A DNA stretch of 64,000 nucleotides from Candidatus Omnitrophota bacterium (GCA_014728045.1 WJMH01000012.1:63239-127238); one strand, 5' to 3'. Shown: positions 47,216-57,019, numbered from the stretch's first letter. Program-made: numbers and translations. Notes: generated by a model not told the origin, from the sequence alone.

Positions 47216-48625
47216 ATGTCATTGGAAAATAATATTAATCTTATAAGAAAAATAGAGGATCACCTTTCCGCACAAGTACCTATTCGCCTGGGCGTCAATA
47301 AAAAGAACGAACTTGCGCGGCTTGTCTATGAAATATGCCGCGGGCGTTCAGTGGAGCCGGAACAGGTGTTCATCCGTATAGACCTTGGCGGCATGGTCGA
47401 GAAAGGTAAGAACGGCCTCTTTCGCAGGATAAAAAAAGCTCTTCTCAAGTTGAGATATCCCTCTATGAGAGAGGGGGACGACCCGCATATCATGCCTTTT
47501 ACCGTCGATAAACCGGTGCCGGAGCCGGAGGCCTGGGATTTCAGGATCCTGCCGGAGAAAATATACGTGGAAAGGTCGGTCGAGAGCGTCGAATGGACCG
47601 GGTCTTTTCTCTCGCGCTTCCCGGAGGCAAGCGTGGATATTATAGACGATCCCGGGCAGATCCTGTCATCTTTCACCGGCAAATCCCAGGTCGAGCTTTA
47701 TAACGAAAGGTCCCGGCGGATCCTGGTCACGAAGAATAGATCCGGATACGTGAAACCCTGTCCCTGTACAAAGAACGTCCACAGGTGCGGTTACAACATA
47801 CTCAATCTGGGCTTCGGCTGCCCCATGGACTGTTCGTACTGTTACCTGCAGATGTACAGCAACTCACCATGGCTTGTGTTCCAGGCGAATGTTGATGATT
47901 ATCGCGCGCCGATAGAGGATTTCGATGCAAGGGTCGGCCGCAGGACGCGCATAGGTACGGGTGAATTCACCGATTCTCTCTATCTGGATAAGTATACCTC
48001 GTACTCCTCGTACCTCATACCCTTGTTCAGGCAGATGAGGAACCTTGTTCTTGAACTTAAGACGAAAACGGTCGATATCGAAAACGTTCTCAGGCACGAG
48101 CCCCATGATAACGTGGTGGTCTCCTGGTCCATCAACACAAGGAAGATGGCCCGGAAATACGAGAAAGGCGCCAGTTCGATCGATGAAAGAATACGGGCCG
48201 CTTCACGCGCCGCCGCAAGAGGGTTCAAAGTAGGTTTCCATTTTGACCCGATAATCTATTACGAAGGGTGGGAGGATGAGTACAGGCAAACCGTAGAAGA
48301 ACTGTTCTCGAACAGGGATATCCTAGAGAACACCGAATGGATGAGCCTGGGCACTTTACGTTATACTCCGGGTCTGAAGCAGGTCGCCGAGCAGAGGTTC
48401 GGGGAGAACCGGATGTATTACGCCGGGGAATTCTTTCTCGGCGCGGACGGAAAACTCAGGTATCCCGCCAGGCTCAGGAGCCTCATGTATAATAAAATGA
48501 TAGAATGGATAAGGGCTTATCCGACATCCGCCTGGATCTACCTGTGCATGGAGCCTGATGAGATATGGGGGGATACTCTGCTGGAGAAAAGCGATTATTC
48601 TTATGGTGCCAAGATAAGGGGGTAA
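47216..48625 (+). CDS. radical SAM protein of the SplB / DNA-photolyase-like (COG1533) type with about 100-aa N-terminal extension
   Basis: 'GFGCPMDCSYCYLQ' (CxxxCxxC with the YCY signature of the SplB family) preceded by 'CPCTKNVHRCGYN'. Confidence 0.5.
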   Translation: MSLENNINLIRKIEDHLSAQVPIRLGVNKKNELARLVYEICRGRSVEPEQVFIRIDLGGMVEKGKNGLFRRIKKALLKLRYPSMREGDDPHIMPFTVDKPVPEPEAWDFRILPEKIYVERSVESVEWTGSFLSRFPEASVDIIDDPGQILSSFTGKSQVELYNERSRRILVTKNRSGYVKPCPCTKNVHRCGYNILNLGFGCPMDCSYCYLQMYSNSPWLVFQANVDDYRAPIEDFDARVGRRTRIGTGEFTDSLYLDKYTSYSSYLIPLFRQMRNLVLELKTKTVDIENVLRHEPHDNVVVSWSINTRKMARKYEKGASSIDERIRAASRAAARGFKVGFHFDPIIYYEGWEDEYRQTVEELFSNRDILENTEWMSLGTLRYTPGLKQVAEQRFGENRMYYAGEFFLGADGKLRYPARLRSLMYNKMIEWIRAYPTSAWIYLCMEPDEIWGDTLLEKSDYSYGAKIRG

Positions 48626-48627
48626 AA

Positions 48628-49332
48628 ATGCGTTCAGTGAAGATATTGTTATCGGTCATGTTTTTTGCGGTCAATTGTTCTTTGGCTATCTCCCAGCCGG
48701 CCAGTCCGGAACCCGGAGAGATCGTGAAACTTCCTGAGCCCAGTCATGAAGGCAACGTGTCGGTGGAGGAGGCGATATACCAGCGCAAGTCAACAAGGAA
48801 TTTCTCGGACAGGGCGCTCACGCTAGATGAGGTTTCGCAGCTTCTCTGGGCCGCCGGGGGGAGTACCCATGATGGTCTGACCGGCCCGACCAGGTCCTAT
48901 CCTTCCGCCGGCGCTATTTATCCTCTTGAGATATACATTGTCGTAGGGGACGTGGTCGGTCTCAATAAGGGCATATATTCGTATGACTGGAGGAGACACC
49001 AGCTCGAACTGGTTAAAAAAGGCGATCTTCGCGATGAACTTTACAAGGCGGCTTTGTCCCAGAGAATGGTGCGCACGGCACCTCTTACGCTGGTGGTCAC
49101 TGCCCAGCATGCCAAGACCGCAAGAAGGTACGGCCAGCGAGGCGTCAACAGGTATGTGAGCATGGATACCGGTCACCTCGGACAGAATGTCCACCTGCAG
49201 GCGGAAAGCATGGGTCTGGGAACGGTTATGGTGGGCGCTTTCGTGGACAAAGAGGTAAGCAGGGTCCTGGGGACCGAAGAAGAGATGCCGGTTTACATTA
49301 TGCCGGTGGGGTATCCCTTGAAAAGATCATGA
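48628..49332 (+). CDS. SagB/ThcOx-type nitroreductase-family dehydrogenase with signal peptide
   Basis: Signal peptide 'MRSVKILLSVMFFAVNCSLAIS'. 'STRNFSDRALTLDEVSQLLWAAGG' and 'YPSAGAIYPLEIYIVVGD' match the SagB-type dehydrogenase domain. Confidence 0.55.
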   Translation: MRSVKILLSVMFFAVNCSLAISQPASPEPGEIVKLPEPSHEGNVSVEEAIYQRKSTRNFSDRALTLDEVSQLLWAAGGSTHDGLTGPTRSYPSAGAIYPLEIYIVVGDVVGLNKGIYSYDWRRHQLELVKKGDLRDELYKAALSQRMVRTAPLTLVVTAQHAKTARRYGQRGVNRYVSMDTGHLGQNVHLQAESMGLGTVMVGAFVDKEVSRVLGTEEEMPVYIMPVGYPLKRS

Positions 49333-50435
49333 TAAGAGCCGATCTTAAGCGCATAGACGCCGCTATAAGCGAACTGGCAAGGGAAATAGATTTTTATCCC
49401 CTGCTCACGCCCGTCAACCGTCTGGAGGAACAGGAGAAGTTCTTCTTGAACCTGGCGAGGGAGAAGGAATATAATCCCCGGTTCATTTATAAAAAGAAGG
49501 ATTTCACCGGAGAGAAGGACACTCTCCGGAGGATGCGCGATAGCCTGAGGGAAGAGGATCTTCTGGAGGGCATCTTCCGCCGCAAGATCGATTTCATGCT
49601 GACCGAGCAGGAGCTATTGGATTGCGGGGACTGGTCTTTCGGCGAAGTGGCGAAAAAGCTGCACGGCACCCCCGAAGAGGGCTGCATCGAAAAAGCGGCG
49701 GCCATACTGGAAAATAGCCTTCAAAGTGATTACGCCTTTCCCGAGGAAAGCGTTACCCCGGAAGAGATGGCGGGGGAACTCAGCGAATATATGCGCGGGA
49801 AAGGCCTTGAATGGAAGGTCAGGATAACCGATAAGATCATACCCAAGATAACCGTATCGGGCAAGGACAGGACGCTGTATATTAACTCCCGGATAAGATA
49901 TACCCGGGCCGAGGTGCAGAGATTAAAAGTGCATGAGATAGAGGTTCATGTATACAGGGGCGCTAACGGAGCTGTTCAGCCCTACAGGATATTCACCGAA
50001 GGCCTTGCCGGCTACAACGAGACCGAAGAGGGCCTGGCCGTTATGATGGAAGATGTATCGGGTTGTCTTGAAGTGGATACGCGCCAGATGAAGCTCTATG
50101 CCGGACGCTCTCTGTCTACGCATCTTTGCATGAGGGGCTCGTTCTACGAGGCTTACAGGGGTCTGGAAAGGTATTTTCCGGGTTATATGGCTTACCGTCT
50201 TGTCGAAAGGGCCAAAAGGGGCATTTCGGACACTTCGCTGAAAGGATGTTTGACGAAAGGATCACATTATATCAGCGGATGGATAAAACTTCGCAAGTAT
50301 GTTGAACAACACAAGGATTTGAGTATAATCTATGTTGGGAAGGTCAGAATGGAAGACGCCGGATCGTTAGAAGAACTTTTGCGTGAGAATCTGCTGAAAC
50401 CGGCGCAGTATTTCCCGGATTTCAGATGCGGATAA
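49329..50435 (+). CDS. DUF1704 / 'QEGLA-motif' family protein (MATCAP-like putative metallopeptidase)
   Basis: 'TEEGLAVMMEDVSG' (QEGLA-type motif) and 'VHEIEVHVYRG' (putative metal-binding H-E-x-x-x-H). Confidence 0.55.
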   Translation: MIRADLKRIDAAISELAREIDFYPLLTPVNRLEEQEKFFLNLAREKEYNPRFIYKKKDFTGEKDTLRRMRDSLREEDLLEGIFRRKIDFMLTEQELLDCGDWSFGEVAKKLHGTPEEGCIEKAAAILENSLQSDYAFPEESVTPEEMAGELSEYMRGKGLEWKVRITDKIIPKITVSGKDRTLYINSRIRYTRAEVQRLKVHEIEVHVYRGANGAVQPYRIFTEGLAGYNETEEGLAVMMEDVSGCLEVDTRQMKLYAGRSLSTHLCMRGSFYEAYRGLERYFPGYMAYRLVERAKRGISDTSLKGCLTKGSHYISGWIKLRKYVEQHKDLSIIYVGKVRMEDAGSLEELLRENLLKPAQYFPDFRCG

Positions 50436-51895
50436 GAGTTCCTGAAATGAAGAAAATAAGCGAATATCTTATTGAGAAATACGGCAAGTGGGGGTGGCTC
50501 GGGCAAAGAGCGCACGACGCCTGCGGGATAAACCGCATCCTTCCGCTGGATCTTATCATATGTTGTGATCACGGCAGGGAACTGCCCGTTTATTTCAGGC
50601 CGGAGGATGTTTATTCCGTGGAGGGCGGGACTGGTATACGCAGGGACTGGTCGAACGAGGACCTTAATGACAGCCTCAAGGGGGATCTTGGTCGCAGGAT
50701 AAGACGCAGGTTGGTGACGCAAGGCGGGAAAGTTAATCTGATCTGTTACAGGTCGGTAAGACGTCTTGAGAATGGAAAAGGCAGGTACAGAAATAATCCG
50801 CGCCTTCTCGCGGTCGCCCAGAGGATAAAAAAACGTTTCGACAACAAAGCTCTTCTGCACAGGAGCTTGCCCGGGCTTTCTCTTCCGCAGATACCCGGCA
50901 TCGTGGACAGGATCAGCAGGGCGGATTTCAAGAGGCTTCGAGAGGACCTCGAGCTTCCTTTCGTTATACAGTTCCCATACGGCTCCAGCGGGCACTATAC
51001 CTTTTTGATAAAAAGGCCGAAAGACCTGAAGAGCCTGGTGGAGCATCATCCTGAAGCCACCGCTCTCATCAGAAAGTATATTGACGGGTTTTCACTGAAC
51101 GTCAACGCTGTCGTACTTTCTTCCGGGAACGGCCCCAGAGTAATGTGTTCAGCCCCTTCGGTGCAGATGACAGGTATCCCCGAGTGCAGCAATTCCCCGG
51201 CGTCCTTCTGCGGGAACGATTATTCCGCGGCAAGGGACCTTGACCCTGCTCTTGTGCGTCAGGTCAAGAGCTATATGGAAACGATCGGCCGGTGGATGGC
51301 TTCTTCCGGGTTCAGGGGTCTTTTCGGCATGGATTTCGTGGTAAAGGACGGGACGGCATATCCGGTCGAGATAAACCCCAGGTTCCAGAACTCGACCTCT
51401 CTTTTGACGGTGCTTCATTCTTTATCAGCTAATCGAAAAGGAACGCTTTTCCTGTTGCACATAGCCGAATTCCTGCAGGATAAAGACGTTCTCCTAAGGC
51501 GTTATATAAAAGATTTTCCCGCAGAGGAACTCATGCGTCCGGTCGAGGGAAGCCAGCTTATCATACATAACCGTCTGGAAAAGAGACTGGTGACCGGTGA
51601 TCTCTTCCCGGGTGTCTACCGCCGGCAAAGAAAGGGCCTTAAGCACCTCAAGCAAGGCGCCTCACTGTGGGACTGCTCAGGGCCGGATGAATTTCTGCTG
51701 ACTTCGGGGGTGCCGGCTCCTTCACTTAGGGTAGAACCCAACGCGCCGGTCCTGAAGATACAGTCCCGGGGGAACCTGCTGGATATTTCCAATAAGAGGC
51801 GTCTTACTCCCGAGACCGCGAAAATAGTATCGCTAGTATACGAAAGGCTTTCGTTGAAAAAACCGGGCCGGGTAAAAACCGCCGAGCCCGCATGA
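50426..51895 (+). CDS. ATP-grasp-fold ligase (RimK / alpha-L-glutamate-ligase-like)
   Basis: 'FVIQFPYGSSGHYTFLI' flexible-loop region, 'GLFGMDFVVKDGTAYPVEINPRFQNS' (ATP-grasp E-x-N catalytic block). Confidence 0.55.
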   Translation: MRIRVPEMKKISEYLIEKYGKWGWLGQRAHDACGINRILPLDLIICCDHGRELPVYFRPEDVYSVEGGTGIRRDWSNEDLNDSLKGDLGRRIRRRLVTQGGKVNLICYRSVRRLENGKGRYRNNPRLLAVAQRIKKRFDNKALLHRSLPGLSLPQIPGIVDRISRADFKRLREDLELPFVIQFPYGSSGHYTFLIKRPKDLKSLVEHHPEATALIRKYIDGFSLNVNAVVLSSGNGPRVMCSAPSVQMTGIPECSNSPASFCGNDYSAARDLDPALVRQVKSYMETIGRWMASSGFRGLFGMDFVVKDGTAYPVEINPRFQNSTSLLTVLHSLSANRKGTLFLLHIAEFLQDKDVLLRRYIKDFPAEELMRPVEGSQLIIHNRLEKRLVTGDLFPGVYRRQRKGLKHLKQGASLWDCSGPDEFLLTSGVPAPSLRVEPNAPVLKIQSRGNLLDISNKRRLTPETAKIVSLVYERLSLKKPGRVKTAEPA

Positions 51896-51917
51896 TCTCA
51901 AAAGAAAAGGAAATCGC

Positions 51918-53495
51918 ATGATTGAACGTGACCCCAGATACTACGTCACAGGTTATGACGGGAGAGATCCCTATAAAGCCCCTTTTTACATCAACGCGTT
52001 AAGTTTTGACGGGGAGGAAGGGGGTTTCAACTGTTCCCTTATAGAGAAGTTCAACGAATTCATCAGGGGACATCGGATATCTTCATCCTGCCGCCTTGAA
52101 GGTTCTTTCAAAAAAGATTCCGTAAAGGTGCCTTCCAGGATAGTTGTGGTCAACGCTTCTCACGATGACCTGCCCACCTCTTATGAGACGGCCAGGATCT
52201 TTAATGATTTCTGCAGGGAGAAAGGCTATGCCGCCGAGGCCGTTGTGGTGAACACCCGGGAACACCTGCTTAAGGAGGTCAATGTCGATCCTGAGGAGAC
52301 TTTACTGGTCAGCCAGTGTGTTGACAAGAATGTATACAACGTTGCTCTGGCAGAAGAGCTGGCCCAGAAAGGTACGGTCACCGTCCCCGGCAGGGTCACC
52401 GCCCCGGGAAGCGTGTTCTCCGATAAGGACAGCACCTATCGGTTGCTTTCCGAGGAGGGAAGCGATTGGAGCAAGGTAGCAAGATATGTAAAGGTGCCCG
52501 TGGAGGGAAAGAGCGTCGAAGAGGTTGTTGATGAACTTTTCCAGGCGGTGGACGAGCTTGAACAGTTGACCGGGGATATTACATTCTTCGTTAAGCCTCA
52601 TGAAGGCGGCGGCGGACTGGGGGGTTTTCGCATAACCAAGGTGAAGGAGGGGTACATAATACCGGATCTATCCAAGGTTTCCGGGGACCTCTCCGAAATA
52701 CACCCGACCTTCATTGATTTCGACCTTTCCAGCGAGGCCAAATTAAGGGAGCTTTTGTGGATATACAGGCTTTTCGCAGGCAATGATAAAATGTCGGAAA
52801 ACTATTTGAAGGTTAAACTTCCCGTTATGAACAAGGACCAGACCGAAGCTATCGGTATCCTGAAAGAGTACCTCGCCGGCAGCGAGATAAAAAGGCACAA
52901 AAAACTTGCCGGTATGGTGCTCAGTCCGGAGAAAGCCCGCAGCACGCTGGTGGAGGCGATAAAGATCTTCGAAAAGAAGTTCTACAGAAGATATGTGCCG
53001 CTTGTTAACGAGCATATAGATTTCGGATTATGGGGATTGAGGGCCCATTACAGGCTTTCCACCGAAGGGCCCAGACTGGAGACGATGTATCACCGAATTT
53101 TCCAGCTCGGGTTCACCGAGGAAGGCCTGGGGTACGTGGGGTCGGATAATATCTCTAATAAACAGACCGGGGATCTTGAGATCACCAGGCTGGGACCGGT
53201 TAACCCGATAATGCTCGAGGCCATAGGAGGAGAGCAGGCGCTTTTTGATTCGCTGTTAAAGGGCGCAGAAGCTTTGGCCGAACTCAATGATCTTCTTGCG
53301 GATGAGGAGAAAGGATCCGTTCCGCTCAGGCTGCAGTTGGACCTGGCGACGATATCCCGCCGTATCGGAGAGGGCAATGCCGATACCGCACGGGGATTAT
53401 GCCTGGCCTCGCGCTGGTCTGATTTCGTGCGTAACGCCCGCCAGTGGCTTGAGGACAGCCTTGTGTATTATACAAAAGTAAAGGAGTCCGGTTGA
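51918..53495 (+). CDS. second ATP-grasp-like protein (tentative)
   Basis: 'ITFFVKPHEGGGGLGGFRI' Gly-rich loop reminiscent of ATP-grasp. The remainder is divergent. Confidence 0.35.
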   Translation: MIERDPRYYVTGYDGRDPYKAPFYINALSFDGEEGGFNCSLIEKFNEFIRGHRISSSCRLEGSFKKDSVKVPSRIVVVNASHDDLPTSYETARIFNDFCREKGYAAEAVVVNTREHLLKEVNVDPEETLLVSQCVDKNVYNVALAEELAQKGTVTVPGRVTAPGSVFSDKDSTYRLLSEEGSDWSKVARYVKVPVEGKSVEEVVDELFQAVDELEQLTGDITFFVKPHEGGGGLGGFRITKVKEGYIIPDLSKVSGDLSEIHPTFIDFDLSSEAKLRELLWIYRLFAGNDKMSENYLKVKLPVMNKDQTEAIGILKEYLAGSEIKRHKKLAGMVLSPEKARSTLVEAIKIFEKKFYRRYVPLVNEHIDFGLWGLRAHYRLSTEGPRLETMYHRIFQLGFTEEGLGYVGSDNISNKQTGDLEITRLGPVNPIMLEAIGGEQALFDSLLKGAEALAELNDLLADEEKGSVPLRLQLDLATISRRIGEGNADTARGLCLASRWSDFVRNARQWLEDSLVYYTKVKESG

Positions 53496-55198
53496 ATTCG
53501 GTCTACATAACAATATTTTCTATTCTGGTCTTGTGGGCGGCTTATCACTTTTACGGTAATTACATAGCCAGGAAGGTGTTCCGTGCCAGGAGGGACAACC
53601 CCGTGCCCAGCGAAGAGCTGAGAGACGATGTGGACTACGTGCCCACGAACAGGGAAGTGCTTTTCGGTCACCATTTCGCTTCGATAGCGGGTACCGGCCC
53701 CATTGTAGGACCCGCCATAGCCGTTATCTGGGGATGGGTGCCCGCGCTTATCTGGATACTGGTTGGTTCAATTTTCGCGGGCGCGGTTCATGACTACGCT
53801 TCCTTGATGATGTCCACCCGGAAAAAAGGCGTATCCATCGGTGAGCTCTCAAAAGGGGTCATCAGCCCACGGGTCAGGACGCTTTTTCTTTTCGTTATAC
53901 TGTTCGCCCTGTGGATAGTCGTCGCCATATTCGGGATGGTGATGGCGGTAATATTCAAGATGTACCCGCAAGCGGTGTTCCCGGTGTGGATACAGATACC
54001 GATAGCGGTATCTGTGGGATGGCTGGCGTACCGCAAAAAGTGGAATATGACGGTAATGTCCATCGTCGCGGTGGTCCTTATGTACGCGTCCATAATTGTC
54101 GGGGTCAGCATGCCGCTCAGCATGCCCGGACTTTTCGGTCTTACGCCCATGGCCATGTGGATAATAGTGCTTTTTATCTACGCGTACATAGCCTCGGTGT
54201 TGCCTGTCTGGACACTTTTACAACCACGCGATTACGTTAATTCGCACCAGCTGATAGTTGGTATAATTCTTATAGTGCTTGGTATCTTTTTCGCGCATCC
54301 GGTGATGGTCGCCCCGGCCGTACAGCTCGCGCCCGACGGGGCTCCGCCCATACTGCCGTTCCTTTTTATAACCATCGCCTGCGGGGCCATCAGCGGTTTT
54401 CATTCGCTGGTCAGTTCCGGCACCAGCTCAAAACAGCTGAAGAACGAGGAGGATGTTCATTTTGTGGCATACGGCGGCATGCTCGCAGAGGGCCTTGTCG
54501 GAGTGCTTGTTGTGGTGGCAGTGGCCGCGGGGATAGGTATTTTCGCGAAAACAGCCACCGGTGAGGTGCTGAGTGGAAGCGCCGCGTGGGAGTATCATTA
54601 CTCGAGCTGGGAAGCGGCTCGGGGGCTTACCGCGAAGGTAGCCGCTTTCGTTAACGGCTCGGCCAACATGCTTACGGCCCTGGGGATCCCGCTTGAGTAC
54701 GGACAGGCCGTTATTGGCGTTCTCATCGCTTCTTTTGCCGGTACTACTCTCGATACGGCCACCCGTATACAAAGGTACGTGGTGACGGAGCTGGCGGTCG
54801 ATTATAAAATCAAACCTATGCAGAAAAGGTATCCCGCGACTGCTCTTGTTGTCCTTGCCGCGGCGGCTCTTGCCTTCAGTGAAGGAAGCGGCAAGGGGGC
54901 GCTGCTTTTATGGCCGCTTTTCGGTATAAGCAACCAGCTTCTGGCGGGACTGGTTCTGCTTGTTGCGACGATATACATCATCAAGGAGGAGAGGACCAAT
55001 GCCTGGACAACAGGCGTACCGATGATATTCATGATAATCACATCCAGCTGGGCGATGACGGTAGGGCTTGTTAATTTCTATAATACGGGATCGCATCTCA
55101 GGTTCGTTATCGGCAGCATGCTGTTCCTGTTGGAGATATGGATGATAATCGAGGCGGTTTTATACCTTCAAAGAAGAAAGAAAGGCGAGCGCCTGTAG
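53492..55198 (+). CDS. cstA: carbon starvation protein A (CstA-family peptide/pyruvate transporter)
   Basis: Polytopic membrane protein. N-terminus 'VLWAAYHFYGNYIARKVF' and overall CstA architecture. Stop overlaps the downstream tRNA by about 10 nt. Confidence 0.8.
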   Translation: MNSVYITIFSILVLWAAYHFYGNYIARKVFRARRDNPVPSEELRDDVDYVPTNREVLFGHHFASIAGTGPIVGPAIAVIWGWVPALIWILVGSIFAGAVHDYASLMMSTRKKGVSIGELSKGVISPRVRTLFLFVILFALWIVVAIFGMVMAVIFKMYPQAVFPVWIQIPIAVSVGWLAYRKKWNMTVMSIVAVVLMYASIIVGVSMPLSMPGLFGLTPMAMWIIVLFIYAYIASVLPVWTLLQPRDYVNSHQLIVGIILIVLGIFFAHPVMVAPAVQLAPDGAPPILPFLFITIACGAISGFHSLVSSGTSSKQLKNEEDVHFVAYGGMLAEGLVGVLVVVAVAAGIGIFAKTATGEVLSGSAAWEYHYSSWEAARGLTAKVAAFVNGSANMLTALGIPLEYGQAVIGVLIASFAGTTLDTATRIQRYVVTELAVDYKIKPMQKRYPATALVVLAAAALAFSEGSGKGALLLWPLFGISNQLLAGLVLLVATIYIIKEERTNAWTTGVPMIFMIITSSWAMTVGLVNFYNTGSHLRFVIGSMLFLLEIWMIIEAVLYLQRRKKGERL

Positions 55199-55265
55199 CT
55201 CAGCTGGATAGAGCAACTGGCTTCGAACCAGTAGGTCGCAGGTTCAAGTCCTGCCGGGCGCGCCA
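55189..55265 (+). tRNA. tRNA-Arg (anticodon TCG)
   Basis: Acceptor GCGCCTG/CGGGCGC (one GU pair), anticodon loop CTTCGAA, T-loop TTCAAGT, CCA. Confidence 0.8.
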
Positions 55266-55281
55266 TAAAAAGGGGACAATA

Positions 55282-56934
55282 ATGAAAGTGACCATAGCGC
55301 AGATAGATCCGGTCATAGGAGATATTGACGGCAACCTTAAAAAGATCGTGGATGTTTTCTGTGACCATGCCAAGCGAACGGATCTTGTAGTCTTTCCGGA
55401 GCTATCTGTTACCGGATATCCTCCGCGTGACCTTTTGGAAAAGCCGGGTTTCATAGAAAAGGCGCAGGAAGCCCTGCGCGAACTCGAGCAGATCTCAGGC
55501 AAATATCCGACCAGTGGCATGATCGTCGGTTCGCCTGTACCTACCGGTAAAAAAACAGGCAAGGGGCTTTACAATTCAGCCGTTCTGATACATGGGGGAA
55601 AGGTGCTCGGCTCCAGCAGCAAGACGCTTCTTCCCGCCTATGATGTGTTTGACGAGACGCGCTACTTTGAGCCCGCTCCCGAGCCGGCTGTTATTCCATT
55701 CAAGGGGGAGATGCTGGGCATCTCCGTTTGCGAGGACATGTGGACGGCGGATGAGCTCTGGCCGAGAATGGTTTACGGGTGCGACCCGATCGAGAAACTT
55801 AAAGAAAACGGAGCGACGATACTCATCAACGTTTCGGCATCGCCTTTTTACGCGGGCAAGGAAAAGATCAGGTATGACCTTATAAAAAGCCATGCGATCA
55901 AACACGGCAAGCCTTTCATTTTCGTGAACCAGGTGGGTGGTAACGATGAGCTTGTCTTTGACGGCAGGAGCCTTTCGGTGGACGCGCAGGGTGAACCGCT
56001 CGCCGTGCTTTCACCTTTTACCGAACAAATCAAGACGGTGGATACATCTGGTCGGGCCAGCGAGGGAAGTTACTCCCCCCAGGATGAGATAGAATCCGTT
56101 TACCAGGCCCTGGTGCTGGGACTGACCGATTACATGTCCAAATGCGGTTTCAGGGAGGCGGTAATAGGCCTCTCGGGCGGGATAGATTCGGCCGTTGTCA
56201 GCTGTATAGCCGCCGACGCCATAGGGCCGGAGAACGTGCTGGGCATCACCATGCCTTCGGAATATACCTCAGAGGAAACCGAGAATTATTCTAAGCAGCT
56301 TGCCTCGAACCTGGGTATATCCTTCAGGGTGATACCAATTAACGATATATATACCTCCTATCTAAAAGCTCTTAAGAACGACATTGAGCCGGAGGATGAG
56401 ACAGACCTGGGTATAACCTTCCAGAACATACAGGCGAGGGTAAGGGGTAATATCCTGATGGCCTTTTCCAATCGGTACGGTCATCTTTTGCTCAGTACGG
56501 GCAATAAAAGCGAACTGGCCGTTGGATACTGCACGCTCTACGGTGATATGGCAGGAGGTCTTGCCCTTATATCCGATGTCCCCAAGACGATGATATACAA
56601 AATGGCTGGATATATAAACAGGAAAAAGAAGCTTATCCCGCAAGAGATAATCGACAGGCCTCCTTCTGCTGAGCTGAAGCCGGGGCAGCTGGACCAGGAT
56701 ACCCTGCCGCCTTATGATAAACTTGATGAGGTGCTTTACCGGTATCTGGACGAGGGAGAGTCCCCGAGAAAACTTATCTCCAGCGGTCTGGACGGAAAGC
56801 TCGTGAACTGGGTGGTAAGGAGCGTCAGCAGGAACGAGTATAAAAGAAGGCAGGCCCCTCCCGGGATCAAAGTGACCAGCAAGGCCTTCGGTTCAGGCAG
56901 GAGAATGCCAATTGCCGCCAGGTACACCGAATAA
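55282..56934 (+). CDS. nadE: glutamine-dependent NAD+ synthetase
   Basis: N-terminal CN-hydrolase domain ('MKVTIAQIDPVIGD') and C-terminal NAD synthetase P-loop 'SGGIDSAVV'. The ORF track start at 55138 runs through the tRNA and is rejected. Confidence 0.9.
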   Translation: MKVTIAQIDPVIGDIDGNLKKIVDVFCDHAKRTDLVVFPELSVTGYPPRDLLEKPGFIEKAQEALRELEQISGKYPTSGMIVGSPVPTGKKTGKGLYNSAVLIHGGKVLGSSSKTLLPAYDVFDETRYFEPAPEPAVIPFKGEMLGISVCEDMWTADELWPRMVYGCDPIEKLKENGATILINVSASPFYAGKEKIRYDLIKSHAIKHGKPFIFVNQVGGNDELVFDGRSLSVDAQGEPLAVLSPFTEQIKTVDTSGRASEGSYSPQDEIESVYQALVLGLTDYMSKCGFREAVIGLSGGIDSAVVSCIAADAIGPENVLGITMPSEYTSEETENYSKQLASNLGISFRVIPINDIYTSYLKALKNDIEPEDETDLGITFQNIQARVRGNILMAFSNRYGHLLLSTGNKSELAVGYCTLYGDMAGGLALISDVPKTMIYKMAGYINRKKKLIPQEIIDRPPSAELKPGQLDQDTLPPYDKLDEVLYRYLDEGESPRKLISSGLDGKLVNWVVRSVSRNEYKRRQAPPGIKVTSKAFGSGRRMPIAARYTE

Positions 56935-56947
56935 ATGGTCCTGGCAG

Positions 56948-56976
56948 TTGCAATTTTACGGCTTTCATGATATAAA
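56948..56976 (+). promoter_or_regulatory. sigma70-like promoter (TTGCAA-N17-TATAAA) upstream of the GH130 gene
   Basis: Hexamers at 56948-56953 and 56971-56976; RBS GGAG 8 nt before the ATG. Confidence 0.35.
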
Positions 56977-57019
56977 ATGCTCTACCTGAAAATATACCTC
57001 GACAAGAAAAGGAGTCATC

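Noticed and set aside
55138-55281. 5' extension of the nadE ORF
   Set aside because: The extension reads through tRNA-Arg(TCG). The ATG at 55282 with RBS 'AAAAGGGGA' gives the canonical NadE N-terminus.
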